Shown here piece by piece: positions 1 through 8,444 of a DNA stretch of 58,678 nt. The stretch comes from Actinomycetes bacterium. GTDB taxonomy: Bacteria; Actinomycetota; CALGFH01. Location of the stretch: positions 1 to 58,678 of the forward strand of contig JASLBL010000245.1 in assembly GCA_030146615.1 (NCBI GenBank), read 5' to 3'. Positions within the stretch are counted from its first letter, which is position 1. The number at the start of each line of letters is the position of its first letter. The translations under genes were made by a program, and so were the position numbers. The notes under the pieces are model-generated. The model was given only the letters and a program-made list of their open reading frames with translations, had not been told where the DNA came from and ran no database searches.

Positions 1-672
1 CCAGGGGTTGCTGGTCCCGGGCCGGCAGTTGTACCAGTTGTAGGCGTCGGCACCGATGTAGTCGAGGTAGGCCTCGCCGGGGTACCAGTCGATGGCCCGT
101 CGCCGGTCCTTCGCCTTGAAGCTGAAGGCGGTCATGATCCAGAGGTAGTCGGCGTTGGTGACCCCCTGGGCGCGGAAGACGGTGATCACTTTGCGCCAGG
201 CGGCGATGAAGTCGGCCCCGGTGCCGCTCGAGTTGAGGGTCGTCTCGGGCTCATGGTTGAAGGTGAAGTAGACGTGGTTGCCGAGCGACTTGACCCGGCC
301 GGCCCAGCGCACGATGTCGTTGTAGAGGGCCGAGCCCGGCTGGGCGTTGGCGATGTCGCGCCACTGCACGAAGGTGTGGTTGCGCCGCTCCGACTTGACC
401 GACAGCAGCAGGGTGTAGCCGTTGGCGTTGAACCAGTTGATGTCGGTGTCGGGGAACGGCGAGTCCCAGTTGTAGTAGATCCGGATGGTGGCGAGGCGGC
501 GGCCGATCTTGCTCTCCAGGGCGGTCGTGCCCTGCTGGGTGCCCGGCTCTGGCCGGGCCCCGAACAGCACCGTCGGGTCGTTCGGTCCGGCGCCGGCGGG
601 CGTGGCCAGGCCGGCCGAGGCCACGGCCAGCGACAGGACCAGCACGGTCAGCAGCCACACTCGCTTGCGCAT
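1..672 (-). CDS. secreted glycoside hydrolase, GH26 (beta-mannanase-like) family; 3' end cut by window edge
   Basis: Absent from the ORF track because it runs off the left edge. Reverse translation from ATG 672-670 gives MRKRVWLLTVLVLSLAVASAGLATPAGA (signal peptide), then IRIYYNWDSPFP, LLLSVK, LYNDIVRWAGRVKSLGNHVYFTFNHEPE, DWYPGEAYLDYIGADAYNWY. The pattern resembles GH26/COG4124 enzymes. Family call is by eye only. Confidence 0.5.
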   Translation of the reverse strand, partial: MRKRVWLLTVLVLSLAVASAGLATPAGAGPNDPTVLFGARPEPGTQQGTTALESKIGRRLATIRIYYNWDSPFPDTDINWFNANGYTLLLSVKSERRNHTFVQWRDIANAQPGSALYNDIVRWAGRVKSLGNHVYFTFNHEPETTLNSSGTGADFIAAWRKVITVFRAQGVTNADYLWIMTAFSFKAKDRRRAIDWYPGEAYLDYIGADAYNWYNCRPGTSNPW

Positions 673-751
673 CGTTTCCCCCTGAGGATGGACGTGTGGC
701 CAACGCTGCCCGAGCGCCGGACCGCCGGCAACGTGCGTTTGCCGTAGCGCC

Positions 752-1735
752 CTACGCCGGGTCCAGGTACCGGCGCTCGATGGTCGCCAGAACCGAGTAG
801 AACGGGTCGATCATGTTGCCGACCCGCAGCCGCCCGGCCTGGCCGAGCAGCTGGTAGGCGTCGGGCCGCGACAGCCCGTTGGACCGGTGGAGCCGCTCCA
901 CCAGGTCGGTGTAGGCGGCCCGGGCGCAGCTGGTCAGGTCGGCCCCGGAGAGGCCGGCCAGCGACCCGATCGCCTCGGCGGTGTCGAGCTGGGGCAGGGC
1001 CACGAACCCGGCCTCCTCGCGGTCGCGGGCCCGCATGGTGAGCTCGACCTCGGCCTCGATCTCGACGGCCACCCCGGTGATCTCGCCGTCGCCCTGAGCG
1101 CCGTGGGCGTCGCCGAAGGCGACCAGGGCGCCCTCGGTCTGCACGGGCAGGCGCAGGGTGGCCCCGGCGCACAGGCCCGGCTGGTCGACGTCGCCCAGGT
1201 ACTCGGGCGACTGGGAGAACGACAGGCGCCGCTCCCGGCGGGGGGCGACCCCGACCGTGCCCAGGAACGGCCGCAGCGGCAGGGCGACGGTGCGGCCGTC
1301 CCTGACCGGGAGGGCGGCCACGCCGTCGCGGTAGGGGACGCGGCGCAATTCGGCGGTGAGCGGCGGCTGGAGGCCGTAGCCCTCGTGCTGGAGGGCTCCG
1401 AAGCCGCCGAAGGTGCCCGTCCAGGCCTCGCCGGCGGCCGGGACCGGGTCGACCCGGTGCAGCTCGATCTCGACCACGCCGCCGGGCCGGGCCCCGGCCA
1501 GGTGGAACGGCCCGGTCACCGGGCAGGCGCCGCCGAGCCGCTCCAGCACCTCGTCGATGTGCAGCCCGGGCGCCGTCCAGGCGGCCGCCCCGGCCTCGCC
1601 GAGGCGGGCCTTGGCCAGCCCGCACAGGGAGTCGGCGGTCTCGACCACCACCCGCTCGCCGTCGGCCACCTCGGCCACCGGCTCGGCCTCGGGGTCGAAG
1701 AACAGGGTGGTCGCGGTCCGGGGGAACCGCCGCAT
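752..1735 (-). CDS. acetamidase/formamidase family protein (FmdA/AmdA-like)
   Basis: Last 327 residues of ORF 752..2089. ATG 1735-1733 overlaps the upstream stop (ATGA). Sequence runs MRRFPRTATTLFFDPEAEPV...VTGPFHLAGARPGGVVEIE...YLGDVDQPGLCAGATLRLPV...FGDAHGAQGDGEITGVAVE. The upstream part of the ORF is Arg/Pro/Gly junk. Confidence 0.8.
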   Translation of the reverse strand: MRRFPRTATTLFFDPEAEPVAEVADGERVVVETADSLCGLAKARLGEAGAAAWTAPGLHIDEVLERLGGACPVTGPFHLAGARPGGVVEIELHRVDPVPAAGEAWTGTFGGFGALQHEGYGLQPPLTAELRRVPYRDGVAALPVRDGRTVALPLRPFLGTVGVAPRRERRLSFSQSPEYLGDVDQPGLCAGATLRLPVQTEGALVAFGDAHGAQGDGEITGVAVEIEAEVELTMRARDREEAGFVALPQLDTAEAIGSLAGLSGADLTSCARAAYTDLVERLHRSNGLSRPDAYQLLGQAGRLRVGNMIDPFYSVLATIERRYLDPA

Positions 1736-2982
1736 CAGCCGCCGTCCCGCAGCGCCGCCGCGGCGTCCAGGAAGCACTCCAGGGGGGCCTTGAGGATGCC
1801 GGCCCCGATCTGGCCGCCGTCCTTGCCGGCCAGGCCGCCGTCGATCACCGGCACGACCCCGGTGGCCACCACCTTGTGGACGTCGATGCCGGTCGGGGTC
1901 CCCCGGAAGCCGAGGTAGGGGATCTTGAACTCGGGGTGCTCGCCGTGGGCGATGTCGTACATGGCCAGGTTGTTGGCGACCATGGCCTCGGGACCGCCGC
2001 CCTGGTAGGCCTGGAGGCCGAAGGCGGCCGCCTGGGCGAAGCCGCCGAGGCCGACCGTCTCGGTGATGTGGCTCTCGCCCCCGATCCACTGGATGTCGTC
2101 GGCGGTGAAGCCCTCGAACAGCTTGGCCTCGACGGTCGGGAGCGGCCCCCGGAACCAGTGCTGGCCGAGCCCGCTGACCCTGATGGCGTACTCCCGGCAG
2201 CTGATCGTCATGGCCGTGACCAGGCTGGAGCCAGGCACCCCGGCGGCCGCGTCGGCCAGGACCTTGGCCGCGGCCATGGAGCAGCGCAGGAAGAAGTAGT
2301 CGGCTCCGCGCAGGAAGGCGAGGGCGTCGCCGATCTCGTCCGACCAGCCGTCGCCGGCCAGCTCCAGCAGGGGCCCGAACAGCTCCCGGGTGAACAGCAG
2401 GGTGGCGGCGGTGTTGCGGCTGTGGAGCTCGTCGCCCATGTGCAGGGCGCGCCGGATCACCGGCACCAGCGCGATGCCGTCGGTGCGCCGCAGGGCCGCG
2501 CTCAGCAGCGGCCCCAGCGACCCGGCAAGGTAGTCGAGACCGCGCCGGACCTCGTCGTCGTAGACGCCGTAGTTGAGGCGCTTGCGGGACTCGCCCTCGT
2601 ACAGGTTGCAGAAGCCGCGGTTGCCGTAGCGGGCGCTCTCCACCACCAGCACCGGCATGGAGGCGGTGTAGATGCCGGCCACCGACCCGACGCAGCCGTG
2701 GTCATGGCAGGCGGCCAGCCGGATGCGGCCGGCCCGGATGGCTTCCTCGGCGTCCTCCGGGGTCGCGGCCAGCTCCTCGTAGACGGCGGCGTGGAGGATG
2801 GCCCGGCGCTGGCCGCCGTGGTAGGCCTCCCAGGGCAGGGGGGCGCCCGAGGTGAGGATCGTGTCGGCGGTCATGCCCGGCACGGCCTCGCCGGCCGGGC
2901 GGACGTCGACCAGCACCGGGTCGGCCGACGTGAGCCGGGTGAACGCCTCCTGGTTGGCCGCGACGGCTCGGGTGGTGGTCAC
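1735..2982 (-). CDS. DUF1116 family protein (E. coli YlbE/AllG-like)
   Basis: GTG 2982 is preceded by GGGAGGA. Conserved blocks match my recollection of YlbE-type DUF1116 proteins: TASMPVLVVES..GNRGFCNLYEG, HMGDELHSRN, LVTAMT..YAIRVSGLGQHWF, GESHITETVGLGG, GGQIGAGILKAPLECF. The stop overlaps the formamidase start. Confidence 0.8.
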   Translation of the reverse strand: MTTTRAVAANQEAFTRLTSADPVLVDVRPAGEAVPGMTADTILTSGAPLPWEAYHGGQRRAILHAAVYEELAATPEDAEEAIRAGRIRLAACHDHGCVGSVAGIYTASMPVLVVESARYGNRGFCNLYEGESRKRLNYGVYDDEVRRGLDYLAGSLGPLLSAALRRTDGIALVPVIRRALHMGDELHSRNTAATLLFTRELFGPLLELAGDGWSDEIGDALAFLRGADYFFLRCSMAAAKVLADAAAGVPGSSLVTAMTISCREYAIRVSGLGQHWFRGPLPTVEAKLFEGFTADDIQWIGGESHITETVGLGGFAQAAAFGLQAYQGGGPEAMVANNLAMYDIAHGEHPEFKIPYLGFRGTPTGIDVHKVVATGVVPVIDGGLAGKDGGQIGAGILKAPLECFLDAAAALRDGG

Positions 2983-2993
2983 CTCGTCCTCCC

Positions 2994-4373
2994 TCACCAC
3001 AGGTGCAGGTAGCGCTCGCGCTCCCACTCGCCGACAACGGTGTTGTACTCGCGCCATTCGTCGCGCCGGACGCGGGCGTAGGTGGCGTGCAGCTCGGGCC
3101 CGAACACCTCCTTGGCCAGGGGGTCGTCCTCGAACTCGTCGACCGCCTCGCCGAGGGTGGCCGGGACCCGGCGGACCCCGGACGCCTGGAGCTCCTCGTC
3201 CCCGACGCTGTAGGTGTCGACGTTGACCGGGTCGCCGGCCTTGAGCCGCCGCGAGATCCCGTCCAGGCCGGCGGCCAGGGTGATGGCCGCCCCCAGGTAG
3301 AAGTTGCAGGCGCTGTCGGCGATGCGCAGCTCCAGGCAGCGCCGGTTCATGGGCAGCCGGCACATCAGGGTGCGGTTGTTGTGGCCGTAGGCCCGGTACA
3401 CCGGGGCCCAGGAGATCTCGTTCATCAGCCCGCGGGGCAGCATCCGCTTGTAGGAGTTGACCGTCGGGCAGACCACGGCGGTGATCGCCCCGGCGTGCTC
3501 CAGGACCCCGGCGGTGAACTGGTAGGCCAGCTCGGTGTAGCCGCGGTCGGGCCGCTCGCCGACCCCCTGGGCGCCCGGCTCGCCGCCCTCGGCCTGGAAC
3601 AGGTTGGCCCCACTGGCGGGGTCGGCCAGGCTCAGGTTGTAGTGGGCGCCCGACCCGAACGCCTCCGACCACGGCTTGGGCATGAAGGTGGCGATGCAGC
3701 CGAGGGTGCGGGCGACGTGCTTGGCCAGCAGCCGGAACACCACCATGCGGTCGGCCATGGCCAGGGCGTCGGTGTAGCCGAAGTCGAACTCGTACTGGCC
3801 GTCGCCGCCCTCGTGGTCGAAGGAGTAGACGTCCCAGCCGAGCTCGTCCAGGTAGGTGACCATGGGCCCGAGGAAGGCGTCGGCGAGCATGGTCGCCTCC
3901 AGGTCGTAGCCCCGGGTCGGCTGGTTGTCGAGGTCGGAGGCGACGAACGGGAGCCAGCGGCCGTCGACCTGGCGCAGCACGTACACCTCGGGCTCGACGC
4001 CCATCCTGGGCAGGTAGCCCATGGCGGCCGCGGCCTCCATCTGGCGGCGCAGGACCCGGCGGGAGTCGTGGCTGTAGGGCTGGCCGTGGAAGTACAGGTC
4101 GGCCGCGGCCAGGGCGTAGCGGGTGTCCCAGGGCAGCACGGTCAGGCTGTCCAGGTCGGGGATGCTGACGCACTCGTCCTCGTTGGGCCCGAGCTTGCCC
4201 ATCCCCTCGAGCGCCCCCACGGTGTAGAGCTCGGAGCCGGCGGCCATGTCCTCGAAGTGGGCCAGGGGCACGCACTTGGACTTGGGGACGCCGTTCAGGT
4301 CGGTGTAGGCCCCGAACACGTACCGCACCCCGGCCCCCTCCAGCCGCCGCCGCGCCTCCTGCACCTCGGTCAT
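2994..4373 (-). CDS. glutamine synthetase family protein (GlnA-paralog / gamma-glutamyl-amine ligase type)
   Basis: ATG 4373, 459 aa. GS catalytic-domain blocks are FDHEGGDGQYEFDF, FMPKPW..FGSGAHYNLSL, PTVNSYKR, NRTLMCRLP..RCLELRIADSACNFYL. The substrate cannot be called from sequence. Confidence 0.85.
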   Translation of the reverse strand: MTEVQEARRRLEGAGVRYVFGAYTDLNGVPKSKCVPLAHFEDMAAGSELYTVGALEGMGKLGPNEDECVSIPDLDSLTVLPWDTRYALAAADLYFHGQPYSHDSRRVLRRQMEAAAAMGYLPRMGVEPEVYVLRQVDGRWLPFVASDLDNQPTRGYDLEATMLADAFLGPMVTYLDELGWDVYSFDHEGGDGQYEFDFGYTDALAMADRMVVFRLLAKHVARTLGCIATFMPKPWSEAFGSGAHYNLSLADPASGANLFQAEGGEPGAQGVGERPDRGYTELAYQFTAGVLEHAGAITAVVCPTVNSYKRMLPRGLMNEISWAPVYRAYGHNNRTLMCRLPMNRRCLELRIADSACNFYLGAAITLAAGLDGISRRLKAGDPVNVDTYSVGDEELQASGVRRVPATLGEAVDEFEDDPLAKEVFGPELHATYARVRRDEWREYNTVVGEWERERYLHLW

Positions 4374-4396
4374 CTCCGGATCTCCTCGCTCGCCGC

Positions 4397-5404
4397 CTAG
4401 CCGGTGGTCGCCTGGTAGCGCAGGACTCTGCCGCCGCCCACGGTCATCAGCACCCCGCGCAGCACGCCCTCGCCGTACTCGGAGCCGGCGTTGACGGCCA
4501 GGGTCCGGCCCAGCCGCGCCGTCCCGCCCGACTCGTGGATGTGGCCGTGCAGGCTGACCAGCGGCTGGTGGCGCTCGATGGCCTCCCGGACGGCGGTCGA
4601 CCCGACCGGGGCGGTGACCTCGCCGCCCATCGAGGTCCGCACCTTGAGGTCCTGGCCGAGCAGGGGGGCCGTGTCCAGGCGCGAGTCGTACGGCGGGACG
4701 TGCGCGTTGAACAGGGCCCCGGCCGGGTTGGCGAGCCCGGCGGCCAGGTCGTCGAGCCGCTCGGCGATGGCCTCCTCGGGGTACTCGCGCGGGGTGTTCC
4801 ACGGGGTCTTGTTGGTCCAGCCGGTGGTCAGCAGCTCGTGACCGGGGGCGACCTCGACGATCTCCCCCTCGGCCAGCGTCACCCGCTCGCCGCCGTGCTC
4901 GCGGAGCACGTCGTCGACCAGCCAGGGGTCGTCGTTGCCGGGGGCGGTGAGGATGCGGACCGCCGAGCCGTCCAGCCGCTCGTTGGCGTGCCGCAGCCAG
5001 CGACGCAGGGTCTCGGTCATCAGCTCGGCGAACAGCGCCTCGACGGCGTCGGGGTGGTCCTGGAGGTGCTGGTGCTCGTCGGGGGTCATGCGCCTGGTGT
5101 AGCTGCCGGCCACCCGGGACCGGCGCTCCAGCTCGGCCGCGCCGGCCTCGTCCAGCAGCCGCCGCCGGCCGTGGACCCAGGCCTCCCAGCGCCCGCCCGG
5201 CCGCTCGACCAGGGGGACGACCAGCTTGCCGGTGAGGTCGCCGCCCAGCACCAGCAGGTCGGCGCCGTAGAAGCCGGCCGCGGCGACGAACTTCTTGAAG
5301 CAGGTCTCCGACCCGTGCAGGTCGGTGGCGAAGAAGATGGTGGTCGCGTCCGGGTCGGCCCCCGGCTTGCGGCTGTTCGCCCGGCGCCGCCGCAGCAGGC
5401 CCAC
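4397..5404 (-). CDS. metallophosphoesterase (calcineurin-like)
   Basis: GTG 5404 directly abuts the upstream stop (TGAGTG). Motifs: FATDLHG (DxH), VLGGDLTG (GD), TAPGNDD (GN-D/H-D/E position), LHGHIHES (GHxH). Confidence 0.8.
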   Translation of the reverse strand: MGLLRRRRANSRKPGADPDATTIFFATDLHGSETCFKKFVAAAGFYGADLLVLGGDLTGKLVVPLVERPGGRWEAWVHGRRRLLDEAGAAELERRSRVAGSYTRRMTPDEHQHLQDHPDAVEALFAELMTETLRRWLRHANERLDGSAVRILTAPGNDDPWLVDDVLREHGGERVTLAEGEIVEVAPGHELLTTGWTNKTPWNTPREYPEEAIAERLDDLAAGLANPAGALFNAHVPPYDSRLDTAPLLGQDLKVRTSMGGEVTAPVGSTAVREAIERHQPLVSLHGHIHESGGTARLGRTLAVNAGSEYGEGVLRGVLMTVGGGRVLRYQATTG

Positions 5405-6190
5405 TCAGTACACCGCCTCGCGGTCGTCGACGTCCTGCCACCACTGCATCCGCTCCCCCACCCGGGCCCGGGCCCGCCAGCGGACCGACTTGGGCGCGGC
5501 CTGGATCGCGGCCAGGAGCGCGCCGGCCCGCTCGGCGACGGTGGCGGCGCCGTTGCCGGCCACCGGCTCGCCGAGGGCGGCCAGGTTGGCGGTGGCGGTG
5601 TGGTGAAAGCCCCAGTCCCTGGCCAGGAGGCCGGCCACGTAGCCGGCGTCGATGGCCTCGCCGGCGCCCTCCTCCGGCGCCGGCCCGGGCGCGACCGGGT
5701 GGGTGGCCAGGAGCGCGGCCGCGTCCATCCGGTCGGTGACCGTCTGGCGGACGATCTGGAGCTTCTGGAGCAGGAGGTCCTCCACCGGCAGGGTCAGCTC
5801 GCGGGCCCCGAGCCGGTCGCGCAGCTCGATCGTGTGGCAGAACTCGAGGCGGTCGACGAACACGTCCAGCTCCAGGCCGCTGCCCGGGTGGCGGAAGGAG
5901 AAGCGGCGGCCCTCCATGGCCACCAGCAGGTCCCGATCGATCTCCCAGCCCCGCTCCTCCAGCAGGCGCCGCAGCCCCTTGCGGTCCTCGTGACGGCAGA
6001 CGACGTCGATGTCCTTGGCCGGGCGGCCGAGCCGGTCGAGGGCGGCCGCGGCCGGCGGGCAGTGCAGCCGGATGCCGGTGGAGCCGACCAGCCGGAGCAG
6101 GTGCCCGCGGGCCGCGGCCTCGTCGACCAGGGCGACCGCCTCCTCGTGGACCGCCGCCCAGCCGGGTCGGGGCGCCTGCCCAGCCACCAT
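5405..6190 (-). CDS. nucleotidyltransferase-fold protein, function unknown
   Basis: ATG 6190-6188 overlaps the permease stop (ATGA). LRLVGSTG ... AKDIDVV gives the G-S ... D-x-D signature of minimal nucleotidyltransferases. The rest of ORF 5405..6586 upstream is junk. Confidence 0.55.
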   Translation of the reverse strand: MVAGQAPRPGWAAVHEEAVALVDEAAARGHLLRLVGSTGIRLHCPPAAAALDRLGRPAKDIDVVCRHEDRKGLRRLLEERGWEIDRDLLVAMEGRRFSFRHPGSGLELDVFVDRLEFCHTIELRDRLGARELTLPVEDLLLQKLQIVRQTVTDRMDAAALLATHPVAPGPAPEEGAGEAIDAGYVAGLLARDWGFHHTATANLAALGEPVAGNGAATVAERAGALLAAIQAAPKSVRWRARARVGERMQWWQDVDDREAVY

Positions 6191-7818
6191 CACTCGATCG
6201 GGATCTGCCGGAAGGCGAGGTCGACGTCGATGCCCTGCCGGCGCCGGTACAGCCGGGTGCCGAGGAACCAGGCCAGGCCGGCGACGACGATGCCGAGCAC
6301 CATCCAGAATTCCCGCGACGCCGAGCCCAGGGTGAACATGGGGCCAGCGGCGATGGGGTCGTTCCAGAGCAGGAACAGCACAAGGGCGAAGAAGGCCAGC
6401 GAGATGGCCGCGGTCACGACCATCACCGGCACCCCGCCGACCTTCGAGGTTGCCGCCGGGGAGGCCTGGAACAGCTCGCGGCGGGTCCGGGGGAACAGGA
6501 TCGCCGCCACCATGGCCGCCCCCCAGACCACCACCAGGGCCTCGATCAGGCTCAGGAAGGCGATGTTGCGGTAGGCGATCAGCCACATGAACACGACCGC
6601 CCCGGCAGTCGACAGGCCGATGGCCACCACCGGGGTGTGGAACCGCTGGCTGACGTAGCCGAGCCGGTCGGGGGCCAGCCGGTCGAAGGACCAGGCGATC
6701 ATCGTGCGGGTGGTGTAGGCCAGCTCGGCCGGCACCCAGAACCAGATCCAGGCCACGAAGGTGGCCATGATCACCGTGGCCAGCAGCACGTTGCTGGTCA
6801 GGATCCCGGCCAGCACGGTGAACCAGGGCGAGGCCCCGACCGAGGCCTCGGTGGAGCCGTCGGCGATCCCGGAGATCGAGTTGAAGCCGATGGCGCCCTG
6901 GAACTCGTACCCGAACGCCTTGGCGGCCAGGCCGTCGAACAGGGCGATCAGCAGCCCGGTGGCCGCGACCGCGCCCAGCATGCCGAACAGCTGGGAGCGG
7001 CGGACCCGCTTGACCTCGCCGCCCAGCCCGATCGACTGCACGGCCCCGAGCAGCGGCAGGAGCGGGAAGACCAGGAACTGGATCGAGGTCCCCAGGTTGA
7101 AGCTGCCGGTCTGGTAGCCGTTCTCCTTGGCGGTGGCGATCACGCCGGCGTAGTCGAGCCCGGTCAGCTCCTTGAGGTTGGCCTGGAAGGTGGCCCGGCT
7201 GCCCAGCAGCAGCACCGCCACCAGCACCAGGGTCCCGGCCACGGCCAGGACGAACAGCACCTTCTGGACCGAGAAGTAGCGGCGGGTGCCGGTGGCCAGC
7301 AGCAGCCCGGCCGCCACCAGCACGGCCGTGCCGATCCAGAAGACCCCGCTCGGCTCGCTGGTGGTGGCGGCCCAGTCGAGCAGGGTGCGGTTGCCGGCCA
7401 CCACCCCGACGGTGGCCAGGAACGACGACAGCCCGACCTTGACGATCAGTGAGGCCGCGAAGGCGGCGTAGTAGAGCAGGATCACCGTCTCGACCAGCGA
7501 GCCGACGAAGGCGAAGCCGGGGCTGAGGCCGCGCGACAGCGACACGTAGACGCCGCCCGAGCGGGGGAAGATCACCGACCAGAAGTAGAAGGTGGCCGCG
7601 ACGGCCAGCATGCCCGCGGCCGCCAGCAGGGTCGACAGCCAGACGCCGGCCCCCGGGTAGAGGCTGGGGCCGTAGTACTGGTTGAGGGCGATCGCGATCC
7701 CCACCGAGACCAGCCCGACGTTGTAGATGAAGACGTCGGCCGACCCCGCCACCCGGATCAGCCCCGACGCCGGCCGGGAGAAGACCCCGCGGCCGGCCAG
7801 ATCGGCCTGTTGCGCCAC
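6190..7818 (-). CDS. APC superfamily amino acid/amine permease
   Basis: Roughly 12 hydrophobic spans with APC-like sequence throughout. The start is placed at GTG 7818, with GGAGG 7 nt upstream. The TTG at 7899 is less likely because a TTGACA -35 box lies inside that extension. Confidence 0.8.
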   Translation of the reverse strand: MAQQADLAGRGVFSRPASGLIRVAGSADVFIYNVGLVSVGIAIALNQYYGPSLYPGAGVWLSTLLAAAGMLAVAATFYFWSVIFPRSGGVYVSLSRGLSPGFAFVGSLVETVILLYYAAFAASLIVKVGLSSFLATVGVVAGNRTLLDWAATTSEPSGVFWIGTAVLVAAGLLLATGTRRYFSVQKVLFVLAVAGTLVLVAVLLLGSRATFQANLKELTGLDYAGVIATAKENGYQTGSFNLGTSIQFLVFPLLPLLGAVQSIGLGGEVKRVRRSQLFGMLGAVAATGLLIALFDGLAAKAFGYEFQGAIGFNSISGIADGSTEASVGASPWFTVLAGILTSNVLLATVIMATFVAWIWFWVPAELAYTTRTMIAWSFDRLAPDRLGYVSQRFHTPVVAIGLSTAGAVVFMWLIAYRNIAFLSLIEALVVVWGAAMVAAILFPRTRRELFQASPAATSKVGGVPVMVVTAAISLAFFALVLFLLWNDPIAAGPMFTLGSASREFWMVLGIVVAGLAWFLGTRLYRRRQGIDVDLAFRQIPIE

Positions 7819-7852
7819 CGCCCTACCTCCTCGGACAACGTTTGCCGGGGTC

Positions 7853-7881
7853 GGCTTATCAGGGGTGGGTTTGGATGTCAA
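7853..7881 (-). promoter_or_regulatory. candidate promoter of the permease operon
   Basis: Minus-sense TTGACA (7881-7876), 17-nt spacer, TAAGCC (7858-7853), about 35 nt upstream of GTG 7818. It sits in the AT-richer divergent region 7819..7973 shared with the Lrp gene. Confidence 0.35.
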
Positions 7882-7973
7882 CGCGGGTCGATCGCTCAAG
7901 GTCGAAAAGCGACCTAAAAGGCGGTTAGATGGTTGAATATCGAACCGAACCCCGAGGGCCTGGGAGGCGGCGG

Positions 7974-8438
7974 ATGCAGCGGAGCAGGGGGCCGGTGGAT
8001 GAGGTGGACCGGGAGATCATCCGGTTGCTGCAGCGGGACGGGCGGACCAGTAACACCGATATCGCCAGGGCGCTGGAGGTGACCGAGACGACGATCCGCA
8101 AGCGGATCGCCCGGCTGATCGACGAGGACCTGGTGAACGTGGTGGCGGTGCCGACGCCGCGGGCGGTGGGGATGACCCTGTCGGCGATCATCGGGATCTC
8201 GGTGCAGCTGCCCAGCCTCCAGGCGGTGTCGGAGCGGCTGGTGGCCTACCCCGAGGTGCGATACGTGGGGATCGCGACCGGGCGCTACGACATCATCGTC
8301 GAGTCGTTCTTCAACGACCACGAGCACCTGCTGGAGTTCGTCTCCCGCAAGCTGGGGGCGCTCAAGGGGGTGACCGGCGCCGAGACCAGCCTGATCCTCA
8401 AGGTGGCCAAGTTCTCCTATGAGTGGGAGATCCCCTGA
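7974..8438 (+). CDS. Lrp/AsnC family transcriptional regulator
   Basis: ATG 7974 is preceded by GGGAGG. HTH segment: DREIIRLLQRDGRTSNTDIARALEVTETTIRKRIARL. It is followed by an AsnC-type ligand domain. Divergent from the permease operon. Confidence 0.85.
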   Translation: MQRSRGPVDEVDREIIRLLQRDGRTSNTDIARALEVTETTIRKRIARLIDEDLVNVVAVPTPRAVGMTLSAIIGISVQLPSLQAVSERLVAYPEVRYVGIATGRYDIIVESFFNDHEHLLEFVSRKLGALKGVTGAETSLILKVAKFSYEWEIP

Positions 8439-8444
8439 GGGCGC

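Noticed and set aside
2994-6383. 1,129-aa ORF on the minus strand, plus the overlapping ORFs 1735..4275, 752..2089 and 5405..6586 at full length
   Set aside because: Only the C-terminal portions have protein-like sequence and motifs. The upstream extensions are Arg/Pro/Gly/Ala strings that run through neighbouring real genes in another frame, which is typical stop-poor high-GC read-through. Starts were re-set using RBS positions and gene junctions.
7819-7899. TTG start at 7899 for the permease (as in the ORF track)
   Set aside because: The extension encodes a Pro/Thr/Lys-rich non-membrane tail and contains the TTGACA -35 candidate. GTG 7818 has a GGAGG at ideal spacing.
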